From positions 161,510,001-161,574,000 of the forward strand of contig NC_091474.1 in the NCBI RefSeq assembly GCF_036971445.1: DNA of 64,000 bases, in the 5' to 3' direction. Below, one piece after another: positions 1-13,336 of the stretch. How positions within the stretch are numbered: position 1 is the first letter of the stretch; every line of letters starts with the position of its first letter. Made by a program: the position numbers and the translations under genes. The DNA is from Narcine bancroftii. Lineage: Eukaryota. The notes beneath the pieces are model-generated. The model was not told the origin of the DNA, did no database searches, and saw only the letters and a list, made by a program, of their open reading frames with translations.

Positions 1-436
1 ATACTTTGAATTTCTCAAAACTTTGAGTGCCTTGTAAAATAACAAATTCACTCCTCTTTGCATACATATTGTTTTAATGTATTTTTTCCTTTTATAAAAT
101 GGGTTTGTAAATTATGTGGAAAGTGTGAAGAGTGATGTGCTTTTCTTACTGAAAGAATTAGTGCCCATTGAATGTAATTACCAAGGAATTAACAAACTGA
201 AGGCAATCATACATTTATTGCTTAGCAGTGCAATTTTGTATAACATTTTATTGAGGTTTAACAGACATACAGTCACAAATAAATGTACCAGTATAAATTC
301 TGAGCAGTTACATTAACCATCCTTACAGTAACAGTCACATATCAGGGTTACACCTTATATATTCATAATATCAATGATGGGTGTTGGGTATATATTAAAG
401 GAAAGAGATGAGAGAATACCTCATTTTAATATTTAA

Positions 437-632
437 AGGGATACCGTGTTCATGAAAAAGTGTTTGGCAAACTTTTTGTTTTGAGAGCGAAAACAGGCAT
501 GCACCATTATGAATCATACACATTGAAGTGATTTAATGATTTTTATTTGAACAAATTACATAATTGAATTGTGTTTGTAAACAAAACAAAAAATACTTTC
601 TCAGAACACTTTTTCTTGATATTAGTATCCCT
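437..632. mobile_element. Kolobok-like MITE
   Basis: TTAA on both sides (433-436, 633-636); imperfect ~28 bp TIRs AGGGATAC...AAAAAGTGTT. Confidence 0.65.
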
Positions 633-833
633 TTAAGATAGCTTTTCTGTGCACTGGAGTTCAGGAACCTCAGAGACACTGGAGTTGCCATTAACCCTGG
701 TGTGATACAATGTGCTCCAGAATGGACTCCAAATTTATCACAGCTAGATTTTTGTGTACTGAGTATTTCTTAAAGCATTTAAAAAAATAGTTTGTACTTT
801 TTCCCCCATTAAATCCTTACAGTTGCCACCCTT

Positions 834-3639
834 TAGCACCATTATGCTTCATACTTCAGTGGGGAGAATGGGACGGTTTCAGGCTGTGAATTGCTGCTCC
901 ACGAGAACAAAACGGGTCAACCTTGACCACGGGAAGATTTTGTCTCACATTCTGCTAGAGTGACCCAATCGTCAGCAAACATAATTTTGTTCAAACTTGC
1001 TTTTAGACAAATACTTTAGCACCACATCAAATGGGTTTCTTTACCAGCTACATGTTGGATATATTCCATTTATTAAAAGATCTGTTATATTTAGAGTATA
1101 TTAAAATGCAGAAATGACAGCATCAAATCACATTTTTACAGCACTTAAATCTGCTTTCTGAACTTCAGATCAATTCCGTCATTTTTCTTGTGTCCTGTTT
1201 TTTTTCTAAAAGGCCACAGCTTGGAGCTCACCACTATCCTAACTGAAAGAAAGCAGCATACAGGTGTGCAGACATGTTGGGGGAAAATGTTAACAATTGG
1301 GAGAGAATATAAATAGAAAAATATATAATTAAGTGGGGAGAACTCCTTGCTATTTTCATCTGCTGGCTAATAGATATCAAGAGTTTCCCATTCTTAATGT
1401 TTTTCAAAATTATCAAATATTAGTAATTCATTATTAATCTGTACTAATTGACCTAATTGGGGTATTGTTTGGATTTACATTTTATTAGAAGCTCTTGGTC
1501 TTAGTTGTATAAAATGATCCCTTCTGACAACAAAACTGTATGTCAGAAAGCATAGGGAAGACAAAAAGCTGTTTAGTCTTTCAAGTTGTTACCAGTTTAA
1601 AAAAGTGCTTCCCCAACTCTTAGGCTAATACTGTTCCAATGGAACAGATTTTTTACAGGTTACAGTTAACATCTTTTAGGCTGATTGTACTGTAGGTATT
1701 ATCAGATAATATCAGCACTTTGCAACTCAGTACTCTGGATAATGTGACGCACCTGGGACCATTTGTAACTGGGAAACATGTCCACAATGAAGTCAGCAGG
1801 TAAGCAAGGAGGTGGCAATATGTGGCCACCCATGTGGTGAAAAAAGTGCAGTGTTACAAGCTTAATTTCCCCACAACACAGCAGTGCACAGTTCAGAACA
1901 CTAGGCAGACCCTTGGTTTCTCAGTAAACATGCCAAAGTGTTGCATAGGATTCCTTTCATTTGGACCAGATGCAAATATCTGAAGAACATTAGCTTTCAG
2001 GACAGCAGAATTCCTTCATCATGAGAAATGGAAAAATGGAAGTCTGAAAACATTCACATACAGTACTAGAAACTGTTTTTTTCTAGTGTGCCAATGTAAA
2101 AACAAGGCTGTTTCTGAATAAACTATTGATTTTTTTCCAAAAGAAAAGTAAACAGCTTTCAATAGCAAAACCACCTACTCAACAACTGACTGATTGGTAG
2201 GAACCAGATCAGACAAAGTTGTATTGACTTGTCAGCCAACTGGATCTACAGTAGAAAGAAACAATATACTAGAGGAACAAAAGAATACACAACAAACCGT
2301 TACACAACTGTGTACACTTTGCACAAAAAAACAATACATTTATTCAAGTGTTCTCCAGCACAAGTACATAAGAAAGGAGCATTATTGGGTATTGAAAACA
2401 GGATGGAGGTTGACTGCTACATCTGCTGCACGTACTGACCGTTCCATAACGGCTATGTCACAAGCAATACACAGTAATACAATATTCACTGAAATACAAC
2501 CTTCAGTGAACTCTCTTAACTTTGAAATGCACATTATTGTCAATAAATATCATCAAAGTTATAATGACAGTAAAATGAAGGAATAAAACCAAAAATACTG
2601 CTTGCTGCATGGAATGTGGAAAGAAAATGCACTGCTGCTGGGGATCAAGCAAATACATATGTAACAGTAAAAGGATTAGCAAATTTACTACATTGTCTTC
2701 AATATGAATACATGATTCCCACAAATAAGCACCAACTACGGCACTGTCTAGGCTAAAACACATGAAACTGATTTTTTTCTTTTCAAGTACAAAGTTAAAA
2801 TGCCTTTTCTTTTCTTAAAAGAGTAAAATAATAGTGCTTTTCCTTGCCAATGAGAACTTAATTAATCATGGTCAAGATAGCAGATTTCTTTCAATAGTTC
2901 AGAAAAAAATGTGTAGCACCATATGAATCAACAACTGTTTCAAGGAAAACTATTGGCTGTGTTTGATCAAGTACTGACAGTAGAAATACGATTGGCATAA
3001 ACAACTTATAAACAACAAAAATGTATGCTAACAAAAAAAAGCAAAGGAGCAGGAAGGAAATGGGAATAAGAGAAAGAAAAAAAGGCGAAAATACACCATC
3101 AAGCTGCACTATATTGACTTGTACCTGATTTATATGCAGCTACAAGAAGGGGTAAGTCCTGGTATAAAAGAAACCCCTCAGGAATTTTTTTTTAAATCAA
3201 CCAAAAGTAAAAGGAAATCACAGATGTAAAAAATTCATCAGTCCTTCAGTAAAAAAGTGCAGCCTGTCATTTAGTTTTGGATGACCAAAAACATCACTGC
3301 AAGTTGGCTGGCTATTTTTTGGTGCCTACAAGTGACCTGTTACATAAGCACCAGGCCTTGGCCCAAGAATGTACACAAGAAAAAAAGCACCATTTTCTGT
3401 TATATATTTTTTCTTATTGTACAAACATGATAGAAAAATTACAGTCATGGCAAAGAGTCCTTAAAAGTGACCTCTTGAGCATGTGAAAACATTGCTATAT
3501 TTTCAAACTCAAGCCACTAAAAGACCACCTTGACAACTTTGAATGTTGCCCATTCCTGATTATATTACAATTCTGCCTCTTGTAAACGGTAAGGCAACAT
3601 CAGAGCTGATGTTTTTAATCACCTTTTGTAAAAGCACCA
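834..3639 (-). promoter_or_regulatory. Seven miR-29 seed matches (UGGUGCU/UGGUGCUA)
   Basis: Plus-strand agcacca at 3633, 3386, 3347 and 2728; tagcacca (8mer) at 2914, 1017 and 834. miR-29 regulation of DNMT3A is established in mammals. Confidence 0.75.
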
Positions 3640-4169
3640 TTGCAGAAATTGTTGCACAGTTGTACCTTTTTCAAACAACTATCAGTGTTATGGAAATGAA
3701 ATGTACTGGCAGCTATTGTTTCTTTGTGATTTCTGGTTGGAGGCACCCAAAATGTACAGTACAGTATCTGTAAGTAGCTCTGATTTTATTTTTTTTTGCT
3801 TGAGATAGATACCAGAAATGGTGCTGGTAAGGTAAGGCTCAGCTGGCTGACTTGATGTTGCAGGCTCTGTTCATATCCAGCTTCTTCTTGGTGCGCTTAT
3901 CCACCTACATAAGGCAAAATTGTCTTTTTCCCAGTGCTGCAAAGGATTGAACAGCCTCATCTCAAGTACAGCTTGAACACAACAAAAACAAAACTTACAA
4001 AATCACACATTAAAATAGCTGAAAATTAAAAACATTTAAAAATTTAAATAGGATAAAAAGGATGACATTTAAAATACGTGAAATTAAGTAACATCTAAAA
4101 GAATATGACATTTTTCCTTGGAGTAAATTAATTTCTTTTTTTTTATAAGTTCCTTCGTCTTCTTTGCTT
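2320..4169 (-). other. DNMT3A: DNMT3A 3' UTR (proximal form; may extend to about 230)
   Basis: Repeat-free U-rich sequence after the stop. AATAAA at 2339-2344 (minus) is followed by a GU-rich tract; further AATAAA hexamers near 1070, 545 and 250. The end position is inferred. Confidence 0.65.
2339..2344 (-). terminator. Candidate polyadenylation signal AATAAA
   Basis: Minus strand reads AATAAAtgtattgttttttgtgcaaagtgtacacagttgtgtaacggtttgttgtg, i.e. hexamer plus downstream U/GU-rich element. Confidence 0.55.
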
Positions 4170-4337
<168 letters not shown>

Positions 4338-4636
4338 TTATTGTTCATTTATATTTCAAGTAAAATTTTATTCCAATGAAGCCAGTATTGCTTTACCATC
4401 ATTAAAATCACCAGTCCATGTAACTCAACCTCATTTCTTACTTCCAGATTAAATATGGAAAATTGACAGAGATTTTGAAATTATATTATTTTCACTTCAT
4501 GCAGTTGGCTTTGGTGTCTCACTTCAGATGAAAAGTGGACAAACTATTCCATATAGTATGTTCCCATTTGAACATTTCATAAACTAACAGAATGGAGAAC
4601 ATTTCTCTGCTCTCCTCACATTCAATCAGATTATAA

Positions 4637-4890
4637 CAGGGTGGCATGGTTGGTGAGGTGGTTAGCACAACGCCTTTACAATGCCAGTGATCAGGACCGG
4701 ACCGGGGTTCGAATCCCGGACTAAGGAGTTTGTGTGTTCTCCACGTGTCTGCGTGGGTTTTCCCTGGGGGCTTCAGTTTCCTCCCACCATTCAAAATGTA
4801 CCGGGGTTGTAGGTTAATTGGGTGTAAATTGGGCGGCATGGACTCGTGAGCCAAAATGGCCTGTTACTCTGCTATATGTCTTAAAAAAAA
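4637..4890 (+). mobile_element. tRNA-derived SINE (V-SINE/HE1-like)
   Basis: A-box-like TGGTTAGCA, B box GGTTCGAATCC, central GGAGTTTG...TCTCC...GGTTTCCTCCCAC domain, A-tail. Confidence 0.8.
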
Positions 4891-4943
4891 AATCTGATGT
4901 TCAGAAACTAAGCCATTTGTTTTTGCTCTGCATTTTATCAGGC

Positions 4944-5412
4944 CATGGAGAGGGTGCAGAAGCGATATACCAGGATGTTGCCTGGAATGGAAAATAAATA
5001 AGGTTAGTAGAGCTGGACTTTTGTCTTTGGAGCATAGAAGGATGAGAGGAAACAATAGAGGTCTACAAGATTATGAAAGGGTGGACAGCCAGCGCCATTT
5101 TCCTAGGGCAAGAATAGCAAATACCAGAGGATAGATGTAAAAGTGAAGGGAGGGACATTTAGGGGAGACATCAAGGGTAAGTTTTTTTTATGCAGAGTTG
5201 TGGGTGCCTGGAATGCCTTGCCAGGAATGGAGGTGGAGGCTGAAATATTAGGGGCATTTAGAAACTCTTGGACAGGCACATGGAAGGAAGAAAATTAGAG
5301 GGCTACAGGGTAGGGAGGGTTCAGTAACTTTTTTAAGGAATATATGGGTCAGCACAACATTGAGGGCTAAATGGCCTGTACTCTGCTGTAGTGTTTAGTG
5401 TTCTATGTTCTA
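4944..5412 (+). mobile_element. CR1 LINE 3' fragment
   Basis: ERVQ..RMLPG-type remnant, CR1 3' UTR, (GTTCTAT)n tail; similar to 26760-27228 and 62300-62787. Confidence 0.85.
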
Positions 5413-5774
5413 AAGAAAAGTCTGGGACCTAAAGCATTATCATTTTTCTCTTGGCCTGCTAAGTACTTCTGTATTATTTCAGATTTTCAGCATATTTAGT
5501 CATTTGTTATTTTAATCACATATGTCTTCAGCTGACCTTCCTCCATTCAGGAAATCTGAGCAAAGTAGGATCTCAGCACCATTTTAGATTGCTACCTATT
5601 TCCATGAAAAATTATTGGTACAAGTTTAGCAGTGGAATCAATAGTTGTACAAAGTGGCTCTAGGTTAATCTACTTGATTGGTACATTTTGTGTCCATGCT
5701 CAAAATATGAATGTAAATGTATCATGCTCTAACTAAGCTGAACCATTTTGTCATTTTTAATTTTTAATTTTAAT

Positions 5775-5935
5775 TTAAAGACACAGGATGGTACAGACCC
5801 TTCCGGCCCATGGTGCTGCCCAAACACCCCCAAGTGACCAATTAACCTGTGAACCCTGTACACCTTTGGAATATGGGAGGAGCAACTGGAGGAAACACAT
5901 GCAGATATGGCAAATACATACAAACTCCTTACAGA
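5775..5935 (-). mobile_element. SINE fragment
   Basis: Reverse complement of the 3' half of the SINE at 4637. Confidence 0.65.
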
Positions 5936-7700
5936 GAGTATCATTTCATAAAATGGCCCATTATAACATGAAATTCTCTAATGAGTGTTGTTTGATAATG
6001 TCATATTAACAATGTCATATAAATACAACTGAGGCAGCTGAAGCATTTGTACTGCTGGCAGATTAAGACCGTGACTGAATTAGACCAAGGTTCAGGTTGC
6101 TTCATGATGATTGGGATTTCATCTGAGAATTGAGAATGCATCAGCAGAATGGAGGGATCTGAAAGAGAGCCATCAACAGCTGAAGCCAGTGTACATTAAA
6201 GTGGGGAATGAAAAGGTTGGAAAATAACAGTGGGAGTAATCTATCGTCTTCAGTGTAAAATGAAGATAATGCATTCAGATTTGGGCACTTTGGAAGAAGA
6301 GAACAATCTGACAGTAATGGTTGATATTAACTGAAGGTTCAAGAAAGAAATTGCACATCAAAATTTAAAAATGGATAGATTTAAAGTTATTCTAAATCAA
6401 TGTACCTTGCAAACCTGTTTTACTCATTTAAGTTTCAAGGAATGAAGGAGTAAAGGAACATTTTGAAAATTATACCCATTATATCTTTTAACTAATTGCA
6501 AACTGAAATGGAAGAAAGATTACAAACATGTCCGAACTTTCAATAAGGTCGTACCAATAACAGGACTGCCAAAGAATTGTGAGAAAATTATATATGGGAA
6601 TTCCATTCACAGCAGTGATACTATTTCATTCTTACCAGGAGTAAGTGAGTTCCAGAATGCTACACCTCAGAAATGCTAAGATTTCATCAAATTGGGATGT
6701 TTAAAAGAGGGACAGATTCATACTTTGGAGTTAAGAGGTACAAGGGATAAAGAGAAGGATAAGAAATGGACATTGACAAATAAGAACTGCCACATGTTGG
6801 AGGCATCAGCCTGCAGACCCAATTTCACACTGATCATGAGCCAGTAGACAGCAAGGAATTCAGTCTCCACTGTCATTCACTGGTAGCCTTTGTTGCTTTG
6901 AAAATGAAATGAATATGGGAGGAGTCACGTGATGGAGTAGTGGCCAGTAGGAGAATACCAGCCATCTCCAGAAAAGAAGAAATAAAGTGAAGAAAATACA
7001 AAGTTCAAGAAACACAAAACACAACAAATAAAAGATAAAGTTGTGTAGAAAAGAAAGAAAATGGCACCCAAGAAGTAAAAAGTAAAAACAATGGGAAAAA
7101 AAGAAGAAAAGATGCCAGAAGAGAAAGGAGAAGGCCTTACCTGCATGAAGAAACAGGGAGCCATCGTGGAGAAAAGTGCCTGCTCCCCAAGGTTGGTGAC
7201 GACCCCGCAGAGTCGCGACCTCCTGACCGCTGGACTGCAACAATGGCTCTCTAAGCCAAACAGAAGCGTGCAATGTGCACACTAAGGAAAAAGAAAACAC
7301 CGACAGGAGGGGGACCCAGCTGAGAAGTGAACTAACACAGCGCGACCAGCTGAGGGACGCCCGACATCAGGGCTCTCCGCTGGAAGAAGAGGAAAGCGAC
7401 AGGAAAGGGAGTGATAGGAAAGGGAGTGATAGGAAAGAAGAACAGCAACAGGAGGACCAACAGATGACGAGTCCAGAAGAAGAGGACCAACAGCAAGATG
7501 CCATGCAAGAAGACGCCCAGCAAAGTGAGGCAAGCAGCTCAACAAGAAAGTCAAAAGAAATACAGATACAAGGAAGAGAAGTAGAAGACACAAATACAGG
7601 TGCAGACACCGAAGAGTAAGAAGAAGACCAAGGTCTACACAGAGGAATAGAAGGCAAAATAGATGGACAGTATATAGATTAAAAAAAATTTCAAGAACAA

Positions 7701-8459
7701 ATGAGAGTATTAAAAGAATGGTTGACATTAGAATTGAGTGAAATGAAAAGTACAGAAGAAAAAGTGAGTAGATTAGAGCTGATCATGACAGAAATAGAGA
7801 AAAGATTTGAAAATGTGGAAGAACGAGAAATGGCTACAGAAATGGAAGTGAATGACTTCAGAAGAAAATTGGAAGACAGTGACAAAAAAGTTAAAGAATC
7901 ACAAGAGTTGTTAGCTCAGAAGATGGATATAATGGAAAACTATAGTAGGCGAAACAACATAAAGATAGTGGGCCTAAAGGAAGATGAAGAAGGCACAAAT
8001 ATGAAAGAATTTATAAAAGAATGGATCCCAAAGGTCCTGGGAATGCCAGAAATACAGGAAGGAATGGAAATAGAAAGGGCACACAGAACACTAGCCCCAA
8101 AACCGCAGACACAACAAAAAACAAGGTCCGTTTTAGTAATATTTCTGAGATACACGACAAGACAAAATATACTGGAGCGCGCAAGGAATAAAATTAGAGA
8201 AGACAAAAAACCATTGGAATACAAGGGTCAAAAAATATTTTTTTACCCTGACATAAGTTTTGAACTCCTAAAGAAGAGGAAGAAGTTTAACACAGCAAAA
8301 TTGATCCTATGGAAGAAAGGCTATAAACTTATGTTAACATATCCAGCCGTGCTTAAAATATTTATCCCGGGGGAGCAAAGCAGACTGTCCTCAGATCCAG
8401 AGAAAGCACGAAAATTTGCAGAACACCTGCAGGACAGAAGGAGAGATGAAGAGATGTAA
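7701..8459 (+). pseudogene. L1 ORF1p (coiled coil plus RRM/CTD), N-terminus disrupted
   Basis: ENYSRRNNIKIVGLKE, EIERAHR and FYPDIS are L1 ORF1 motifs. Confidence 0.88.
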
Positions 8460-8916
8460 CAAGAACAAAGAACGACGACAAACTACATATGAAGATGTAA
8501 AAATAATGTATAAGTAAGAACTAAAGAAGGGAAAGTAAAGGAAAGAGAGGAAGTAAGGGGGAAAAAAAGAGGGTGAGCTTTGTTATATGAGAAGATAAAA
8601 GTCTTTTCAGGAGGGCATTGGGTGGGAGAGAATAACAGTCACTGCGAAATCAGTTGACGCTTGCGAGCGGGTTCGCAATTCAAATGGAGAGGGGAGTTGT
8701 GGTTGTCCGGGCAAGGGACAAGGGACAACTCAGAGGAGGTTGGGGACATTTGGGGTCAAGGGAATTTTAGATGTGGGAGTTGGTGAAGTATTTTATGTTT
8801 TAAAAGTGTTGTCATACATTTACATTGAGTTCAAAAAGGGAAAACTGAGATGAAAATGGGGAAAAGGGGGAAGGTGGTGGTGAGGAAGCGGAAATGAAGT
8901 GTAAACAGAATATGAG

Positions 8917-11900
8917 ATGGCCATGTTAAACTATATGCCTATAAATATTAATGGAAAACATAACCAAATTAAACAAAAAAGGCTATTAAATTTCCTGAAA
9001 AAAGAAAAATTAGACATAGCATTTGTGCAGGAAACGCATCTAACCGAAGTGGAACATAATAAATTAAGGAGAGACTGGGTAGAGAACGTATCGGCAGCAT
9101 CATATAATTCAAAAGCCAGAGGTGTATATTAATAATAAAAATATACCAATCATAATAGAGGGTGAAATAATAGATCCAGCAGGGAGGTATGTAATGATAA
9201 AGTATCAGATATATTCAGAATTCTGGAATTTGATCAATATATATGCACCTAATGGAGAGGACCAAAAGTTTATGCAAGATATTTTTTTGAAGATTGTAGA
9301 TATGCAGGGGAATATATTGATAGGAGGGAATTTTAACCTTAATTTGGACCCAATGTTGGATAAAACTGGACAAAAGACTAGCAAAAAGAATAAAGTGGCC
9401 AAATTTATGGTTAAATCAATGCAGGAAATGAAACTTATGGATATATGGAGGAGGCAGCACCCAAGGGAGAAGGAATACTCTAATTATTTGAGTAGGCATA
9501 AAACATACTCAAGGATTGATATGTTTTTGTTGTTGGCCCATATTCAAGGGAGAGTTAGGAAAACTGAATATAAAGCTAGATTACTATCTGATCACTCACC
9601 CCTGTTATTAGCAATAGAATTGGAGGACATCCCACAAAGAACATATAGATGGAGATTAAACTCCATGCTACTTAAAAGACAAGAATTTAGAGAATTTATT
9701 GCACGCCAAATTAAAATGTACTTTGAAATAAATGCGGAATCGGTGAAAGACATATTTATATTATGGGATGCAATGAAAGCCTTCATTAGAGGGCAGATAA
9801 TAAGTTATGTAACTAAGATGAAAAATTACTACAATCGGGAAATAGAACAGTTGGAAAGGGAGATAGTAAGTACAGAAAAAGAACTAACAACAAGGGAAGA
9901 TATTACAAAAAGAAGAGAATTGGCAGCCAAAAAAAAATAAAATAAGAAACATTACAAACGTATAAGGTGGAGAAGAACATAATGAAAATAAAGCAAAAGT
10001 ATTATGAGCTAGGAGAAAATACACACAAAATATTTGCCTGGCAACTTAAAACAGAACAAGCTAAAAGAACTGTATTAGCATCAAGGAAAAAGGACAAACA
10101 AATTACATACAATCCAATGGAGATTAATGAGAACTTTAAGAAAATTTATGAACAATTATACCAAACTGAGAACAAGGGGAAAAAAGACAAAATAGAAGAG
10201 TTTTTAGCTAAAATTAAACTGCCGAAATTGCAAGAAGAGGAGCAAAACAAGCTGATAAAACCATTTGAAACAGAGGAAATACAGGATATATTAAAAAGCT
10301 GCCGAACAATAAAACGCCTGGAGAGGATGGATTCCCAATCGAATTCTATAAAACATTTAAAGAGTTATTAATTCCTCCTCTCCTGGAAGTAATGAACCAG
10401 ATAGAAGAAACACAAAACTTGCCAGATTCATGTAAGAGAGCAATAATTACAGTAATACCAAGGATAGGGAAGGATCCATTAACACCAGCATCATATAGAC
10501 CAATATCTCTACTTAACTCAGATTATAAGATAATAGCAAAATTATTAGCATACAGATTGACCGATTGTGTACCAAAAATAGTAAAACAAGATCAAACTGG
10601 ATTTATTAAGAAAAGATAAACAGCGGATAATGTCTGTAAATTTATTAATTTTTTTCATGTAGTTCAAGAAAATACGATGTCAACAGTGGCTGTTGCTTTA
10701 GACACAGAAAAAGCCTTTGACAGGGTAGAATGGAATTATTTATTCAAAGTATTACAGAGGTTCAACCTACCAGAAAAATATATTAATTGGATTAAAGCAT
10801 TATATAATGAACCATTGGAGAAGGTGACAATAAATGGATCTGTATTGAACCAATTTAAATCAAGTAGACAGGGATGTCCACTATCCCCCTCATTGTTTGC
10901 TTTAGCAAAAGAACTATTGGCAGAACTGGTAAGAACAGAAAATAAAATAAAAGGGATAAAAATAAAGGAGAAGGAGTATAAAATCAGTTTATTTGCAGAT
11001 GACATCATAGTATTCTTAACAGAACCAGAAATATCAATAAAAGGACTACATAATAAATTGAAGGAATATGGAGAAATATAAGGGTACAAGATATGCACAA
11101 ATAAAAGTGAAATGATGCCAATGAGTAATGCGGATTATACAGAATTTAAAAAAGAATCACCATTTAAATGGCAAACACAAGCAATCCGATACCTAGGTAT
11201 TAGATTAGATAATAATTTAAGACACCTGTACAAATTAAATTATCAGCCATTAATGAAGAAATTACAGGAAGACTTAGAACATTGGAAAGAATTATGCCTA
11301 ACATTGATAGGGAGGGTAAATTGCATTAAAATGAATGTCTTCCCAAGGATACAATACTTATTTCAATCATTACCAATTCCCTTAACTGAGAAATTCTTCA
11401 ATGAACTAAAGAGAATAAAAAGGAAATTCTTATGGAAAGGGGGAAAACCGAGGATACTGTGAGATAAATTAAGAGTGGTACAAACAAGGTGGTTTGCAGT
11501 TACCAAACTTTAAAAATTATTATAGAGCAGCACAATTAAGGTATTTATCAGATTTTTATCAGTCAAGGGAGAAACCAGATTGGACTAAGATAGAGCTAGA
11601 TAAAATAGGAGAGAAAGTACTGGACATATACTTTATAAGTGGGATGAAAAGCTGGTACAATATAAAAGCTCACCAGTACTGCATCATTTACTCAATATAT
11701 GGAAGAAAATTCACTTAGAAAGGAAAAAACAAATTACCAACTACCCAAATTATTATTGACACAAAATCAACTAATCCATTTTATAATAGATAACCTTTTC
11801 TTTAGAGAATGGGAGAGAAAAGGAATTAAAAGAATAGAAAATTGTTTTTTGGGAAATAATTTATTATCATTTGAACAAATGAAGTACAAATATGGAAAAA

Positions 11901-12700
11901 CTCATGGTACAATGTTTGCATACCATCAACTGAAAGCCTACTTAAAGAATAAATTGGGAAGAAGACTGAGATTACCAGAAGGAAGCAGCTTTGAATATGT
12001 GATTACAGAAACAATGATAATAAAAAGATTTATAACGAACATGTACATCAAGCTGCAAGACAAGGAAAATGATGAAATAATCTATAAACCCAAACAAAAG
12101 TGGGAAAAAGATTTAAACATAAAGATAAAAAAATGAAATATGGGATATGTTATGCTCTGGAACTATGAAGAATATAAAAAACACAAGGTTATGCATGATA
12201 CAGTATAATTGGTGACACAGGTTATATATCACACCCCAAAAGTTAAATAAATGGGATCCAACATTATCAGATAGATGCTTTCGCTGTAAGAAGGAAATGG
12301 GTACAGCAGTACATGCAATTTGGGCATGTGAGAAAGTGAAAAAGTTTTGGGAAGATCTAAATCGGGTATTAAATAAAATCACAAAAAGCAACATACCAAA
12401 AAACCAAAACCAAAAAATCTTCTAGGTAATATAAGAAGTAAAGAATTAGGCCTCAAATTGGATGAAGCGCAAAAAATATTTATTATGATAGCCTTAGCTG
12501 TAGCAAAAAAATGCATAATGTCAACTTGGAAATCAGAAGAGAGCCTGAGAGTACAGCAATGGTACATGGAAATGAATAAATGTATTCCATTGGAAAAAAT
12601 AACATATAATTAAAAAAATAAAGTCACATTATTTGAACAAATTTGGGAACCATACATGGAACATGACAGAGAGGGCTTGCCTTGGACCTCCACCCCCTAA
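8917..12700 (+). pseudogene. L1 ORF2 endonuclease/reverse transcriptase, fragmented
   Basis: Successive ORFs carry QETHL, NIYAPN, SRID, LSDH, SYRPISLLN, EKAFDRV, QGCPLSP and LFADD. Confidence 0.92.
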
Positions 12701-13096
12701 AATGATAATACGGTAAGAAGATAAAATGACTTGATCCAGTGTGTAAAAGTAGATGACACAATTTTCTTGTTTATTTTCATTGTGTGATGACATTGTTTAA
12801 TGGTTTTATTGTATTGTATATGTTGAACGTTTAATGGATTTGGAGTGGGGTGGGAAGGGGGACGGGAAGGTAGGGGAGAAAAATGGAGAAAATGCCACTG
12901 TGTATATTTAAGAGGGAAATGTTTGTATGTATTTTGATTGATATGGTTCACAATGTGAAAAAAAATAAAAAATGAAATGAATATATAGGTTAGGACAGAG
13001 ATGTGGTTGCCATGCTCTGACCATTTTCCCAATTTCCCACCACTCCCTTGGACAATTTTGGGCAGAATAGCTAAGTGAAGCTGAAGAGCAACTGTG

Positions 13097-13336
13097 TGTG
13101 GTGAAACCACTATTGTGTTTGTAAATGATATGACCTTTTATGTTTAACCCTGCTCTCACTGGCTGGCTCATGACTCCTCCCCTTTATCCCCCATAAAGGC
13201 TGTCATGCCACAACCCTGCCCCCAGTTCAAGCCAAGGTCAATGTGAACCAGCAACACAAGGGAAGTAGACTATTTCTTGCTAATAAAATCCTTTAATTCC
13301 AATAACTTCAGTCTTTGTGTAATTGATCATGCATCA
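13097..13336 (+). mobile_element. Solo LTR (Gypsy-like), 240 bp
   Basis: TG...CA ends, 5-bp TSD CTGTG (13092-13096, 13337-13341), TATA-like cataaa and AATAAA at about 13282. Confidence 0.75.

Larger units (their letters stand above)
6917..12968 (+). mobile_element. Full-length, disabled L1-clade LINE
   Basis: 16-bp TSD AAAATGAAATGAATAT (6901-6916, 12969-12984) and A-rich tail. ORF1 remnant plus ORF2 with APE endonuclease, RT (QGCPLSP, FADD) and C-terminal CCHC, broken by many frameshifts and stops. Confidence 0.95.

Noticed and set aside
2194-2586. 130-aa plus-strand ORF
   Set aside because: Antisense to the U-rich DNMT3A 3' UTR, non-ATG start, no motifs.
4655-4720. tRNA gene
   Set aside because: A/B boxes belong to a SINE head; no cloverleaf, and a SINE body follows.
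6860-7728. Hydrophobic minus-strand ORFs resembling membrane proteins or an L1 ORF0
   Set aside because: They are the antisense of A-rich L1 5'/ORF1 sequence; the Phe/Leu bias is compositional.
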